Origin: a virus
Strand: one strand, 5' to 3'
DNA: 64,000 bases
IMG/VR virus record: IMGVR_UViG_3300005805_000044
Made by a program: the position numbers and the translations under genes
Shown here: positions 38,159-46,707 of the stretch, one piece after another
Position numbering within the stretch: the first letter of the stretch is position 1
Layout of the letters: each line of letters starts with the position of its first letter
The notes under the pieces: model-generated
What the model was told of the DNA's origin: nothing
The model's input: only the letters and a program-made list of their open reading frames with translations
Databases searched by the model: none

Positions 38159-39057
38159 ACAGACCCATTTCGAAAAAAGTATTTTGGCGATTGTGTGATA
38201 ACAAACGTTTTGGTATATACGAATGTGATCACTTAGGTTTTCCAGCAAATGATCCACGTTATATTCCAGACGAATATTTAAATTCAAAAAACTTCTTGTT
38301 GTTCAGAACATGTTTTGCTATTGGAGACTGTGGAATCATATCTGCAATGCCAAGAAAGTTGAAAGAAAAATATCCAGATTGTAAAATATATCTACCATCA
38401 GAAAAATTACAATACAATATGTTTTCCGATATGATCAATCCCAACGAAATTACAAACAGACCATTTAGAATGTGTAGGGAGATATTTGACAATAATCCTT
38501 ACGTTGATGGATTTGTTGATAGTTTTTCTGGAGAAGTATATCACGATCATTATAGAATATATGATCACACTAATATTGATCCCAGAACCAAAGCAACTCA
38601 ACCGCTCATAAAACAACTGTTAAAGTTTTGGCAGTTCAAAGATAACGAGTTAGACAATGTTTTACCAGAATTATACTTTAGTAAGGCTGAAATTGACTTG
38701 GGTGATAAAATCATAAACGCATATACAGGAAACAAACCATTTGGAACATTACTGTTATCTTTAAAATATGATTTCAAGTCTGATGAGAAGTTGTTAAAAG
38801 CTATAGCAGATCATGATTTACCATATTATTACTGGTCATCAAAACCAATTGAGAAGACCAACTTTAATTCTATAAATAAGGTATTAGATATCAGCATGCT
38901 TCCGCTTAGAATTCAATTTTATATCAAAACTAAAGCATCTGTAAATATTGGAAGTCAAGCAGGTATGAACGATACTGTTGCTAGATATGCAAAACAAATT
39001 ACTGTTCAAATCAATCCATTATATAGTAATGTTGTTGAAACAATAGAATACATCTAA
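38155..39057 (+). CDS. GT9 (heptosyltransferase)-like protein
   Basis: AIGD..I..LKEKYP, IF.NNPYVD, PELYFS. Confidence 0.55.
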   Translation: MNRPISKKVFWRLCDNKRFGIYECDHLGFPANDPRYIPDEYLNSKNFLLFRTCFAIGDCGIISAMPRKLKEKYPDCKIYLPSEKLQYNMFSDMINPNEITNRPFRMCREIFDNNPYVDGFVDSFSGEVYHDHYRIYDHTNIDPRTKATQPLIKQLLKFWQFKDNELDNVLPELYFSKAEIDLGDKIINAYTGNKPFGTLLLSLKYDFKSDEKLLKAIADHDLPYYYWSSKPIEKTNFNSINKVLDISMLPLRIQFYIKTKASVNIGSQAGMNDTVARYAKQITVQINPLYSNVVETIEYI

Positions 39058-39082
39058 CATTATAATAATCTATATATCTAAT

Positions 39083-40285
39083 ATGAAAATTAGTTTTATC
39101 ATTCCATCCCGTAACAATTTAAAATATCTTCAGTGGGGATACACTGCCTTAAGAAAAAATTTGAGTCACAAAGAACACGAAATATGTGTAGCTGATGATT
39201 TTAGCAATGATGGAACTTTAGAATGGTGTAAACAAACGGCAGATCAAGATCCCAATTTTAAATATATTCGAAACGACGGGCCAACCAGATTGGGTCATAC
39301 AATCCTATATGATCGCTTAATTAACGAAGTTGCTACAAATGATGTAGTGATGATTTATCACGCCGACATGTATGCGTGCCCAAATTTTGATAAATATGTT
39401 GAAAAATATATTAGCCCGGGCACCGTTGTTAGTTTAACCAGAATTGAACCTCCATTACATCCTCCAGGGCCAGAAAAGATTGTGATGGACTTTGGAACTG
39501 AACCAGAGTTGTTTAAAGAACCAGAGTTTTTAAAATGGTTTAATGATTCTAAAATCAATCGTAGAGAAAAAACTACTGAGGGTATATTTGCTCCTTGGGC
39601 ATTATATAAAAAAGACTTTCAGTCAATTAGTGGTCATGACAATCTTTATGCTCCACAAAGTAAAGAAGATAGTGATATATTCAACCGTTTTCAATTAAAT
39701 GGTTATAAGTTTGTTCAGACTTGGGAAGGATGTGTATACCATATGACTTGTAGAGGTAGTAGATATAATCCAACTATTACCACTGTAGGTAAAGAAAGTG
39801 ATGAATGGTTAGCACAAAATAATCGTAGTGCCAGAAACTTTATTCGCAAATGGGGTCACTTTGTTAAACATAATGATACAATGAAACCTATTGTTCCAAA
39901 ACGATATGATGTTGGATTTGTTGTAATCAATTGTGATGAATATAGATTAACATTACTAGAACCTTGGTGTGATACAATCTATACAGATGTTCCATATGAT
40001 CGGTATATTAATGCAGAACAGAAAAATACAAAGTTTAATCTTAAGAAAAAACTTAAACGTTATGAAGATCAAAAAATAAATGATATTATTGTTGAATTTG
40101 ATGCAACCAAAGTAACAAATAATTCATTTGAATTTTTCAATATATTACAACTGATGGTTGAAGACAGTGGCACAGTTGGTGATATGGAATACGATATATT
40201 TAAATTAAAAATTAAAAATTTAACTGATTATAGTAAGAAATTGATAGATATAAATGATACGTGGTATACAGATAAATTGTTATGA
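39083..40285 (+). CDS. GT2-family glycosyltransferase
   Basis: ISFIIP, ADDFSNDGT, HADM, EDSD, VYH..RGSR. Confidence 0.85.
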   Translation: MKISFIIPSRNNLKYLQWGYTALRKNLSHKEHEICVADDFSNDGTLEWCKQTADQDPNFKYIRNDGPTRLGHTILYDRLINEVATNDVVMIYHADMYACPNFDKYVEKYISPGTVVSLTRIEPPLHPPGPEKIVMDFGTEPELFKEPEFLKWFNDSKINRREKTTEGIFAPWALYKKDFQSISGHDNLYAPQSKEDSDIFNRFQLNGYKFVQTWEGCVYHMTCRGSRYNPTITTVGKESDEWLAQNNRSARNFIRKWGHFVKHNDTMKPIVPKRYDVGFVVINCDEYRLTLLEPWCDTIYTDVPYDRYINAEQKNTKFNLKKKLKRYEDQKINDIIVEFDATKVTNNSFEFFNILQLMVEDSGTVGDMEYDIFKLKIKNLTDYSKKLIDINDTWYTDKLL

Positions 40286-41085
40286 GAAAAGTTAAAATAG
40301 GAATTGTAGGTTATGGATATGTAGGAAAAGCATTTGATGCGTTTTTCAAGACACACTATGATGTGGTTATACATGATCCATTCTATAAAGATCTAAGTGT
40401 AACAAAAGAAGAAATCAACGCATGTGATATTGCTGTTGTATGTGTTCCTACACCATCAAATGAAGATGGTAGTTGTAATACAAACTTAGTAGAAGAAACT
40501 GTTGCATGGCTGAATACGCCTATTATTTTGATTAAATCGACAATCGAAGTGGGGACCACCAAGAAATTGATTGAAAAATACAAGAAAAATATTGTATTCA
40601 GTCCAGAGTTTGCTGGCGAATCTAAATATTGGACACCCAATGGTTTTACAACTGATGTCAAACAGACTCCGTTCTTCATCTTTGGCGCCGAAGACAAACA
40701 GTTGGGTTATAAATTGATTGAACTCTATATGCCAATTACTGGTCCAAGCAAAACATATCGTGTTACAGATACGGTGAGCGCAGAACTTGCCAAGTATGTT
40801 ACCAACACTTATTTAGCATTAAAAGTTGGATTTGTAAATGAAATGTATGATTTGTGTGAAAAGAGCGGCACCAGTTGGAATGAAGTAAGAGATCTTTGGT
40901 TGTTGGATCCAAGAACAAACAAATCTCATACAGCTGTATTTGTCAACGAACGTGGATTTGGAGGTAAATGTTTACCAAAAGATACAAAAGCATTGGTGCA
41001 ATATGCTAATAAGATTTATATCAATTTACGTATATTAAAATCGGTGTTATCTAGTAATGAAATTCAACTCAAAAAAAACTTATGA
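40282..41085 (+). CDS. UDP-glucose/GDP-mannose dehydrogenase family protein, lacking C-terminal domain
   Basis: GYGYVG, CVPTP, KST, SPEF, AELAKY.TN, GFGGKCLPKD. Only 267 aa. Confidence 0.85.
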   Translation: MRKVKIGIVGYGYVGKAFDAFFKTHYDVVIHDPFYKDLSVTKEEINACDIAVVCVPTPSNEDGSCNTNLVEETVAWLNTPIILIKSTIEVGTTKKLIEKYKKNIVFSPEFAGESKYWTPNGFTTDVKQTPFFIFGAEDKQLGYKLIELYMPITGPSKTYRVTDTVSAELAKYVTNTYLALKVGFVNEMYDLCEKSGTSWNEVRDLWLLDPRTNKSHTAVFVNERGFGGKCLPKDTKALVQYANKIYINLRILKSVLSSNEIQLKKNL

Positions 41086-41459
41086 ATCTAACAGACTATA
41101 ATATTCCCCTAATTTGTTTTGTTTCATTTTTATTAGTAGTGTGGTTTGAAAGCGATATTATTCAAACCATTTCTAAATTGACTGGAACAAGATCTTGGTT
41201 TCGTATACCAGAATTTGAAAAATATAAAATAGAAACTGACGCTATGGCCAGTTATTCAAACTTTTTGTATGAAGTATATCCTGGTTATATTACAAAGCTA
41301 TTAAGTTGTCCTATTTGTTTATGTTTTTGGTCAACATTAATTTCTACCAATACATTGATTTATAGTATAAATTATCCTCAACTATTTGTTGTTTTTTTGT
41401 TTCCAGTAAACTATATTTGTAGTTTGCTATTGTATTTATTAATTAAAAAGTTATTATGA
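41082..41459 (+). CDS. Membrane protein with CxxC motif (DUF1360-like)
   Basis: Hydrophobic segments and LLSCPICLCFW. Confidence 0.5.
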   Translation: MNLTDYNIPLICFVSFLLVVWFESDIIQTISKLTGTRSWFRIPEFEKYKIETDAMASYSNFLYEVYPGYITKLLSCPICLCFWSTLISTNTLIYSINYPQLFVVFLFPVNYICSLLLYLLIKKLL

Positions 41460-41737
41460 TTATAAGCGACTATCAATCATTTTATAATTTAGTTAAAAAC
41501 GACAATCCTTATGTTGGTAATTTGTTGGGAAATTGTATTACTGTTTTAAACAAAATTTGTTCGTGTAATAAAACAAGAAAATCAACTAAAGCAGAAGAAT
41601 GTAATAAAATTTATATAGATTATATTCAATCAAATGGTGATGGTTTAATTGAATACTTCAGAACAAAAACAAATGATGCGGAAGTGATATTTAATCACAA
41701 CACGCATCATCTCATTCTAAAGTTAAAATTAAGATAA
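41456..41737 (+). CDS. Hypothetical protein
   Basis: 93-aa coupled ORF with CSC motif. Confidence 0.55.
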   Translation: MIISDYQSFYNLVKNDNPYVGNLLGNCITVLNKICSCNKTRKSTKAEECNKIYIDYIQSNGDGLIEYFRTKTNDAEVIFNHNTHHLILKLKLR

Positions 41738-42400
41738 TATATTTTTTTTGGCAATCAAACCAATTGAAGTCAATGCTTTTTTAACTTCATCTCTAATATA
41801 TGTGCATTCAAGTAGTTCTTCTTTGGTTTTGTATCTACTAGACATATCTTCCCACTCAAAAGAATAATCAGACCGTTTCTTTACCTTTGGATCATTAAAT
41901 AATTCGTGTTCATTAGGAGCTGCTTCATAAATCTTGACAGGTTTAGCCGTTGTAACTCTTCGTTTTGAAGGTGCCTGACTCAATTGATATCGCGTTACAT
42001 GAATTAACTTACCTGCTTGTTTGTATTGTAACCACGTGCATTCGTCTTCTGGATACACATCATATCGAATATCAGTGATAAAAAAGATATCTGCTTTTGA
42101 CTTAGCAACGTGTTTTTCCATCTTTTGTGTCCAATATTTGCCCGCACTTGTCTTTCTCATTACATCTCCATATGCGACCAACAACGGTCGAATTATGTTT
42201 TTAAGAGCAGTATCTTCGGTAAATACGTCGATACCAGTTTTATTATGAATCAATTCTTGGAGATCACTCTTGAGTTCGTAAGCAAGTGCTCTACGTTCGG
42301 TTTTTAATTTGTATTCTTTTTCTAGAATGTCTTGTGCTACTGTTGTAAACAAATCTTTACCACTTCTTGCAATTCCAGATATACCTATAACTTTTGCCAT
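41729..42400 (-). CDS. Deoxynucleoside monophosphate kinase-like P-loop protein
   Basis: GISG.ARSGKD, ALA..LK, RPLL..YG..R, ITDIRY. Confidence 0.72.
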   Translation of the reverse strand: MAKVIGISGIARSGKDLFTTVAQDILEKEYKLKTERRALAYELKSDLQELIHNKTGIDVFTEDTALKNIIRPLLVAYGDVMRKTSAGKYWTQKMEKHVAKSKADIFFITDIRYDVYPEDECTWLQYKQAGKLIHVTRYQLSQAPSKRRVTTAKPVKIYEAAPNEHELFNDPKVKKRSDYSFEWEDMSSRYKTKEELLECTYIRDEVKKALTSIGLIAKKNILS

Positions 42401-42405
42401 ATTAT

Positions 42406-42897
42406 TTATTCCTTAAATAGTTTTTCGATTTCTTCTTGTGAATGACCAAATGATGCAACGATTGAGTTTAACTCATTTGTTCCTTCATCGGTCGAAATAA
42501 GTAGGTTGTGATAATCCTTTGCATCACGACTACCCACATTAAATTTTCTGCAAATGCAGTTTATAATAGTTTCATTAATATCTTTCGTGGACTTTTTGAT
42601 ATATGGATAAAACTTATAGTCTTTAGGTAAACACTGTATCAATAAAAGATACAATTGTTTCTCAGGCAATACTTCCATATATTTTGATATTAGAGATATT
42701 TCTTCAATAACATTTGGATCCATACTGAGAACCCGTAATATCATATATTTATTGAATGTCTTTTGTTCAGATTCAGACAACGAATCATAATAGTCAGGCG
42801 ATTGAACTTGACGAATATGTTTAACATGATCAAACAACCCTTTACTCTTGATTGTTGTTTCTACGTTGGTGGACTTGCCTTTTCGTTTCATTACCAT
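42406..42897 (-). CDS. gp62: Clamp loader small subunit (gp62-like)
   Basis: LFD..K.I, FNKYMI.R.LSM, YPYIK pattern. Start uncertain (42897 or 42891). Confidence 0.6.
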   Translation of the reverse strand: MVMKRKGKSTNVETTIKSKGLFDHVKHIRQVQSPDYYDSLSESEQKTFNKYMILRVLSMDPNVIEEISLISKYMEVLPEKQLYLLLIQCLPKDYKFYPYIKKSTKDINETIINCICRKFNVGSRDAKDYHNLLISTDEGTNELNSIVASFGHSQEEIEKLFKE

Positions 42898-43132
42898 ACA
42901 TTCTAACACGACGCTTGAGTTCTTCAAGATCTTTTATCATTTTACTACGTTCACTAGAAAGCAATTCAAATGCTTCAGTTATCGCTGTAAATAGTTTGTC
43001 TGATTCTGTCTTCGTTTCTTCCGATTTTTCTTTAAGATTGTTGATTTGTTTACGAAGACCAGTATAAAAGAAAAATGTGGCTGCCGTTGAAAGCAGCCAC
43101 ATTACAACAATCAATGTTGTTGTTACTGTCAT
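42842..43132 (-). CDS. Membrane-anchored coiled-coil protein
   Basis: N-terminal hydrophobic helix then heptad-rich charged region. Confidence 0.55.
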   Translation of the reverse strand: MTVTTTLIVVMWLLSTAATFFFYTGLRKQINNLKEKSEETKTESDKLFTAITEAFELLSSERSKMIKDLEELKRRVRMYGNETKRQVHQRRNNNQE

Positions 43133-43135
43133 CGA

Positions 43136-43339
43136 TTAGGCCTTGTAACCAGCGGCGAGAACGTCACGAAGAGCCTTGATCTGGCGACCATTGAGGTCTA
43201 GACGGGTATCACCAGCACGGACGGTCAAACGGGCAGCCTTCTTGGCGCCAGAGAACGGAGTGGAGAGGTAAAGCTCAACACCAGTGGAGTTGTGGCCGAC
43301 GAAGTTAGTCTTGTTACGAGTATTCTTACGAGTATACAT
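43136..43339 (-). CDS. Small basic protein, likely highly expressed
   Basis: 67 aa, AAGGA SD, A-rich leader, consensus sigma70 promoter, high GC. Confidence 0.7.
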   Translation of the reverse strand: MYTRKNTRNKTNFVGHNSTGVELYLSTPFSGAKKAARLTVRAGDTRLDLNGRQIKALRDVLAAGYKA

Positions 43340-43402
43340 ATTTATTTTCCTTTATTTTTTGTTTTTGTTTTTGTTTCGTTAGTAGTTATCTAACTTGAGA
43401 TT

Positions 43403-43430
43403 ATCTTAACATGAAGTTTCAAAGTGTCAA
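43403..43430 (-). promoter_or_regulatory. Sigma70-type promoter
   Basis: TTGACA-16-TAAGAT with TGn extension. Confidence 0.65.
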
Positions 43431-43445
43431 CAACTTTGCCTTTTT

Positions 43446-44357
43446 TTATTTTTGTAGCTTATCTTGAAAATATTCAATCGCATAGTCCTTTGCTTTGAAC
43501 TCAAATTCTAGATCAATATCTTCGTCAACAAATTCGCTGGGAAACATTGTAGGATAGTCCGCATGCGCACGAGGATTGCGATTTTTTGTATCATTATCGC
43601 TATAGTGAAACAACGGACGAAACTTACCCCATGTATTCTTAGCAATATTCAGTGCTTCTTTAGAAGTCAACTTGCCAGGATTACAGCGGTAGTGTAAATT
43701 ATCATAAGTAATAGGAATGCCAGTATTTTGATAGATGTGTTCATATAATTCTTCAGTTTTCCAACTATTGGGTTTGTCTTCATTTTCTAATACGAGACGC
43801 TTTGTAACACCCTCTGGAAGTTGTTTAAAAACCTCTATAAACCGTTTTGCCGTATCTTTGATATCTCCCTTGTAACAATTCATATGAATGTTTATAGGCG
43901 CCTCGTAGGAACGGGGAAGACCCAATCTATCCATGATGTCCGCATGATAGGTTAGTTCCACAATAGATTTTTGAGCTACTGTGGGATTTGCACTAGCTGG
44001 AACCACAAACTGATCAGGATGTGTGCTACAACGAATATTACTATTTTTAATCAAAATAGAACATTCTTGAAATAATTTATCGATTTTATCTTTGTCTGGA
44101 AGACATTCAAACGACAAATCTGCTTCTGGTAGGGTTTTTAGAGGAAATAAATCGCTACTTACACGATAATTCCAACCTTTATCTATACAATATTTGATGG
44201 TTTGACGGGTTACGTCTACGTTGTTCATTACTCTTTTACTAAGAATTGATAATGAATCAACACGTTCCAATGCAATAAACCGTGATTTGGTCATCGTATT
44301 GGCTTTTACACCACGTTCTTGAAGTTTGAGGGATATGCAACAAAGACTTTTTCTCAT
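43446..44357 (-). CDS. uvsE: UV-damage endonuclease
   Basis: YRVSSDLFP, STHPDQF, INIH, LVLENED, TYDNLH, FHYS, RAHAD, EFKAKD. Confidence 0.92.
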   Translation of the reverse strand: MRKSLCCISLKLQERGVKANTMTKSRFIALERVDSLSILSKRVMNNVDVTRQTIKYCIDKGWNYRVSSDLFPLKTLPEADLSFECLPDKDKIDKLFQECSILIKNSNIRCSTHPDQFVVPASANPTVAQKSIVELTYHADIMDRLGLPRSYEAPINIHMNCYKGDIKDTAKRFIEVFKQLPEGVTKRLVLENEDKPNSWKTEELYEHIYQNTGIPITYDNLHYRCNPGKLTSKEALNIAKNTWGKFRPLFHYSDNDTKNRNPRAHADYPTMFPSEFVDEDIDLEFEFKAKDYAIEYFQDKLQK

Positions 44358-44364
44358 GGTATGT

Positions 44365-44393
44365 AGATTACCACAAGAATTTTAAAAAGTCAA
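44365..44393 (-). promoter_or_regulatory. Sigma70-type promoter for uvsE
   Basis: TTGACT-17-TAATCT with TGn extension. Confidence 0.6.
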
Positions 44394-44798
44394 TTAGAAG
44401 CTACCAGATGGACTAAATGAAGACGTAACACAACAATCAATGCCCAATATTGGACAAAAATAACCAACCAGTTTCCATGATGATGGCCCGGACGCAGTTT
44501 TAACCCAAGATGCTCTTTGATTAACACCTTGGGTCAAAGCATATTGAGTTTTTTTAGTTAACTCTGGATATTGATCTGATAATGAAGTAAAATCCGAATC
44601 TGAATTTGATCTATAATAAATTAAATTGTCTGTTTTAGTTAATAAATCACCAGGTTCGCCTGTAAAAATACCATCAGGAGAATTATCTTTTTCCTTAGAA
44701 GTTCGTGCGTTTTTAGCAAATTGCACCAACCTAGATACAAATTTTTGATATCTATCAGCAAAAGTATAATTTACGTTCGGATCGTTACTCTTTCCCAT
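44394..44798 (-). CDS. Hypothetical protein with tail-fibre-type SP.G..G.PG / WVK..SG..W motif
   Basis: SPDGIFTGEPGDL and WVKTASGPSSW. TATTTAT box upstream. Confidence 0.5.
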   Translation of the reverse strand: MGKSNDPNVNYTFADRYQKFVSRLVQFAKNARTSKEKDNSPDGIFTGEPGDLLTKTDNLIYYRSNSDSDFTSLSDQYPELTKKTQYALTQGVNQRASWVKTASGPSSWKLVGYFCPILGIDCCVTSSFSPSGSF

Positions 44799-44810
44799 GT
44801 CTTTACTATA

Positions 44811-44817
44811 ATAAATA
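44811..44817 (-). promoter_or_regulatory. TATTTAT box (putative late promoter)
   Basis: 12 nt before ATG 44798. Confidence 0.45.
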
Positions 44818-44826
44818 GTAAAAACC

Positions 44827-46005
44827 TCATCTTCCTACCTCAGCAAAGTAAAGTTTTTTAGCTTCATCGTAAGGCATTCCAATCATTTTGTTATAATACA
44901 ACACATCTGGCTTAAGACGATGCTCAGATTTGAGTGTCTTGTATCGTGATATAGCCTTTTGTTTCCACCAATCTATGACATAGTTTTCAGTATAAATTGG
45001 ATTTGGTTTCAACACATCATCAAGAATTTCTCCTTTTAAGAATTCTCTACTATTATGATATGGACAAGCATAATACGTGCCTCTTTCAAAACCATGAACA
45101 TAATCAGACGACTTGATATTACATTGTGAAAATATCATACTGAGAACTCTATTTTTAGCGCCAGTAACAGGTCCTGATACCCCTTCACGTTGCGTCATCG
45201 CCTTTTGATATTTTTCTGCTTTATTCTCTTTAATCCAATCATGCCAGATCTTGTAAATACTATCATCTGGTTTAATAGTCATTTTACCAGCGCTAGTTCC
45301 ACACTTATGCCACCATTTAAGACTATTATACATGCTATAACTACCATACAAACTGGTAGTTGTAATACCTGCTAAGGTTTGACCATACAATTGTTTCCAC
45401 AAATTTCTAATAGTTTCACCGGTGACCAATCCCGCTACCAACTTACCCCCCAAGAAATTATATCCAAATGGTTGGGTAGACATAATACAGCTACCAATCG
45501 CACTATTGTTTAGTTTCTTGGCTTTAAGTTTTGCATCTGGAGTCCAACCAATATAATTATCTCTATCAGTAATAGTAATAACATCACTAGACATACTAAT
45601 TACTCCAAGATATCTAGGATTATCTACATTGCCGTCACTAATTAATAGTTTGATAAATCTACCAGGTGTTTGGTCATATGCCATAGTATGGACAAATGTC
45701 CGCAACATTACCCAATCATTATCTAATATAGAGTCATTTACATACACCACTGTGGGTTTGAGATTTTCAATTTCTTTGATTGTCTTTTTCTCATCGTTTA
45801 GATCTTCTGGAAGCCAAATCTTATTTTTAGCAATTGCAGCTCTGTCTCTATAATTCTGTAGTTCCTGCACCTCAATCCACTTTTTGTAGAAAGTTTGTTC
45901 TTCTACTGACATTGCTTTGAGGTGGTTAAGATTATCAATAAGTTTTTTCTTATTTCCCTCGTAGTCAAACTCGGCAATATCAAAGTATTCAGACAATGTG
46001 TTCAT
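44827..46005 (-). CDS. DUF4338/DruA-like (Mom/GNAT-related) protein
   Basis: PGR, LGVI...SD, RDNYIGW, QPFGYNFLGGKL, TTTSLYG..S.YN, GTSAG. Confidence 0.7.
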   Translation of the reverse strand: MNTLSEYFDIAEFDYEGNKKKLIDNLNHLKAMSVEEQTFYKKWIEVQELQNYRDRAAIAKNKIWLPEDLNDEKKTIKEIENLKPTVVYVNDSILDNDWVMLRTFVHTMAYDQTPGRFIKLLISDGNVDNPRYLGVISMSSDVITITDRDNYIGWTPDAKLKAKKLNNSAIGSCIMSTQPFGYNFLGGKLVAGLVTGETIRNLWKQLYGQTLAGITTTSLYGSYSMYNSLKWWHKCGTSAGKMTIKPDDSIYKIWHDWIKENKAEKYQKAMTQREGVSGPVTGAKNRVLSMIFSQCNIKSSDYVHGFERGTYYACPYHNSREFLKGEILDDVLKPNPIYTENYVIDWWKQKAISRYKTLKSEHRLKPDVLYYNKMIGMPYDEAKKLYFAEVGR

Positions 46006-46012
46006 ATTTATA
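46005..46012 (+). promoter_or_regulatory. TATTTATA box (putative late promoter)
   Basis: 13 nt before ATG 46026, at a 20-bp divergent gap. Confidence 0.45.
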
Positions 46013-46025
46013 ACTAGAGTATACC

Positions 46026-46265
46026 ATGAAGTTCAAAAAAATCAATCCAAAAGAATCTACTTTTTTTGTATTTGAAACTAGTCAAAGATCATTTAGTGTA
46101 TTTGACAGTCAATTAGATGATCCAATTTATTATGGAAGTTGGAATATGTGTGAGGGTATTGTTAAAAATATTAAAAAACACATGAAAAATGCTTCCATAT
46201 ATTATTATTCAAAAGAAAAAAGCGGAGAGTTAAAACTCAGTCCGCTTTGGTCTCACAATATTTGA
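46026..46265 (+). CDS. Hypothetical protein
   Basis: 79-aa ORF filling the gap, preceded by TATTTATA. Confidence 0.55.
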   Translation: MKFKKINPKESTFFVFETSQRSFSVFDSQLDDPIYYGSWNMCEGIVKNIKKHMKNASIYYYSKEKSGELKLSPLWSHNI

Positions 46266-46272
46266 ATTACGT

Positions 46273-46638
46273 TTAAGCAGTAATCTTACTTGAAGTTACC
46301 ATAGTAGATTCAGTATTGACCGTTTCAACCTTAGTAGGAATAACATTCAAAACGTTAACAGTCAATCCATCCTTCAATACAACACCCTTACTCTTGGCAT
46401 CAGCAATATGTTCTTGATTAACTGGATTACATGCGAGAACAACACGGGGACGACCCTTGCCATTGTGAAGATATCCAATCTCTGATACCATATTATCAGT
46501 AATTGCCTTCTTGATACGAACCCTCAGTGTAATATTGACAAACTCGGGGTTCTTCTCATTAAGTTCCTCAATTGTAAAAATATTGGCAGGCCAATTAACA
46601 GTGAGGTTTGTCTTGTTCTTTCTATCAGTCTTTTTCAT
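46273..46638 (-). CDS. Putative winged-helix DNA-binding protein
   Basis: FTIEEL, ITLRVRIKKA helix, GKGRP wing. AAGGA SD. Confidence 0.5.
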   Translation of the reverse strand: MKKTDRKNKTNLTVNWPANIFTIEELNEKNPEFVNITLRVRIKKAITDNMVSEIGYLHNGKGRPRVVLACNPVNQEHIADAKSKGVVLKDGLTVNVLNVIPTKVETVNTESTMVTSSKITA

Positions 46639-46707
46639 TTTTTATCCTTTCTTGTTTTATGTTTGTTTAGGTAACTATACCCATGTTTAAATTATATCAC
46701 ACGCTTC

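Noticed and set aside
44827-46005. Complete Druantia defence system
   Set aside because: Only a DruA-like gene is present, with no DruE helicase or partners.
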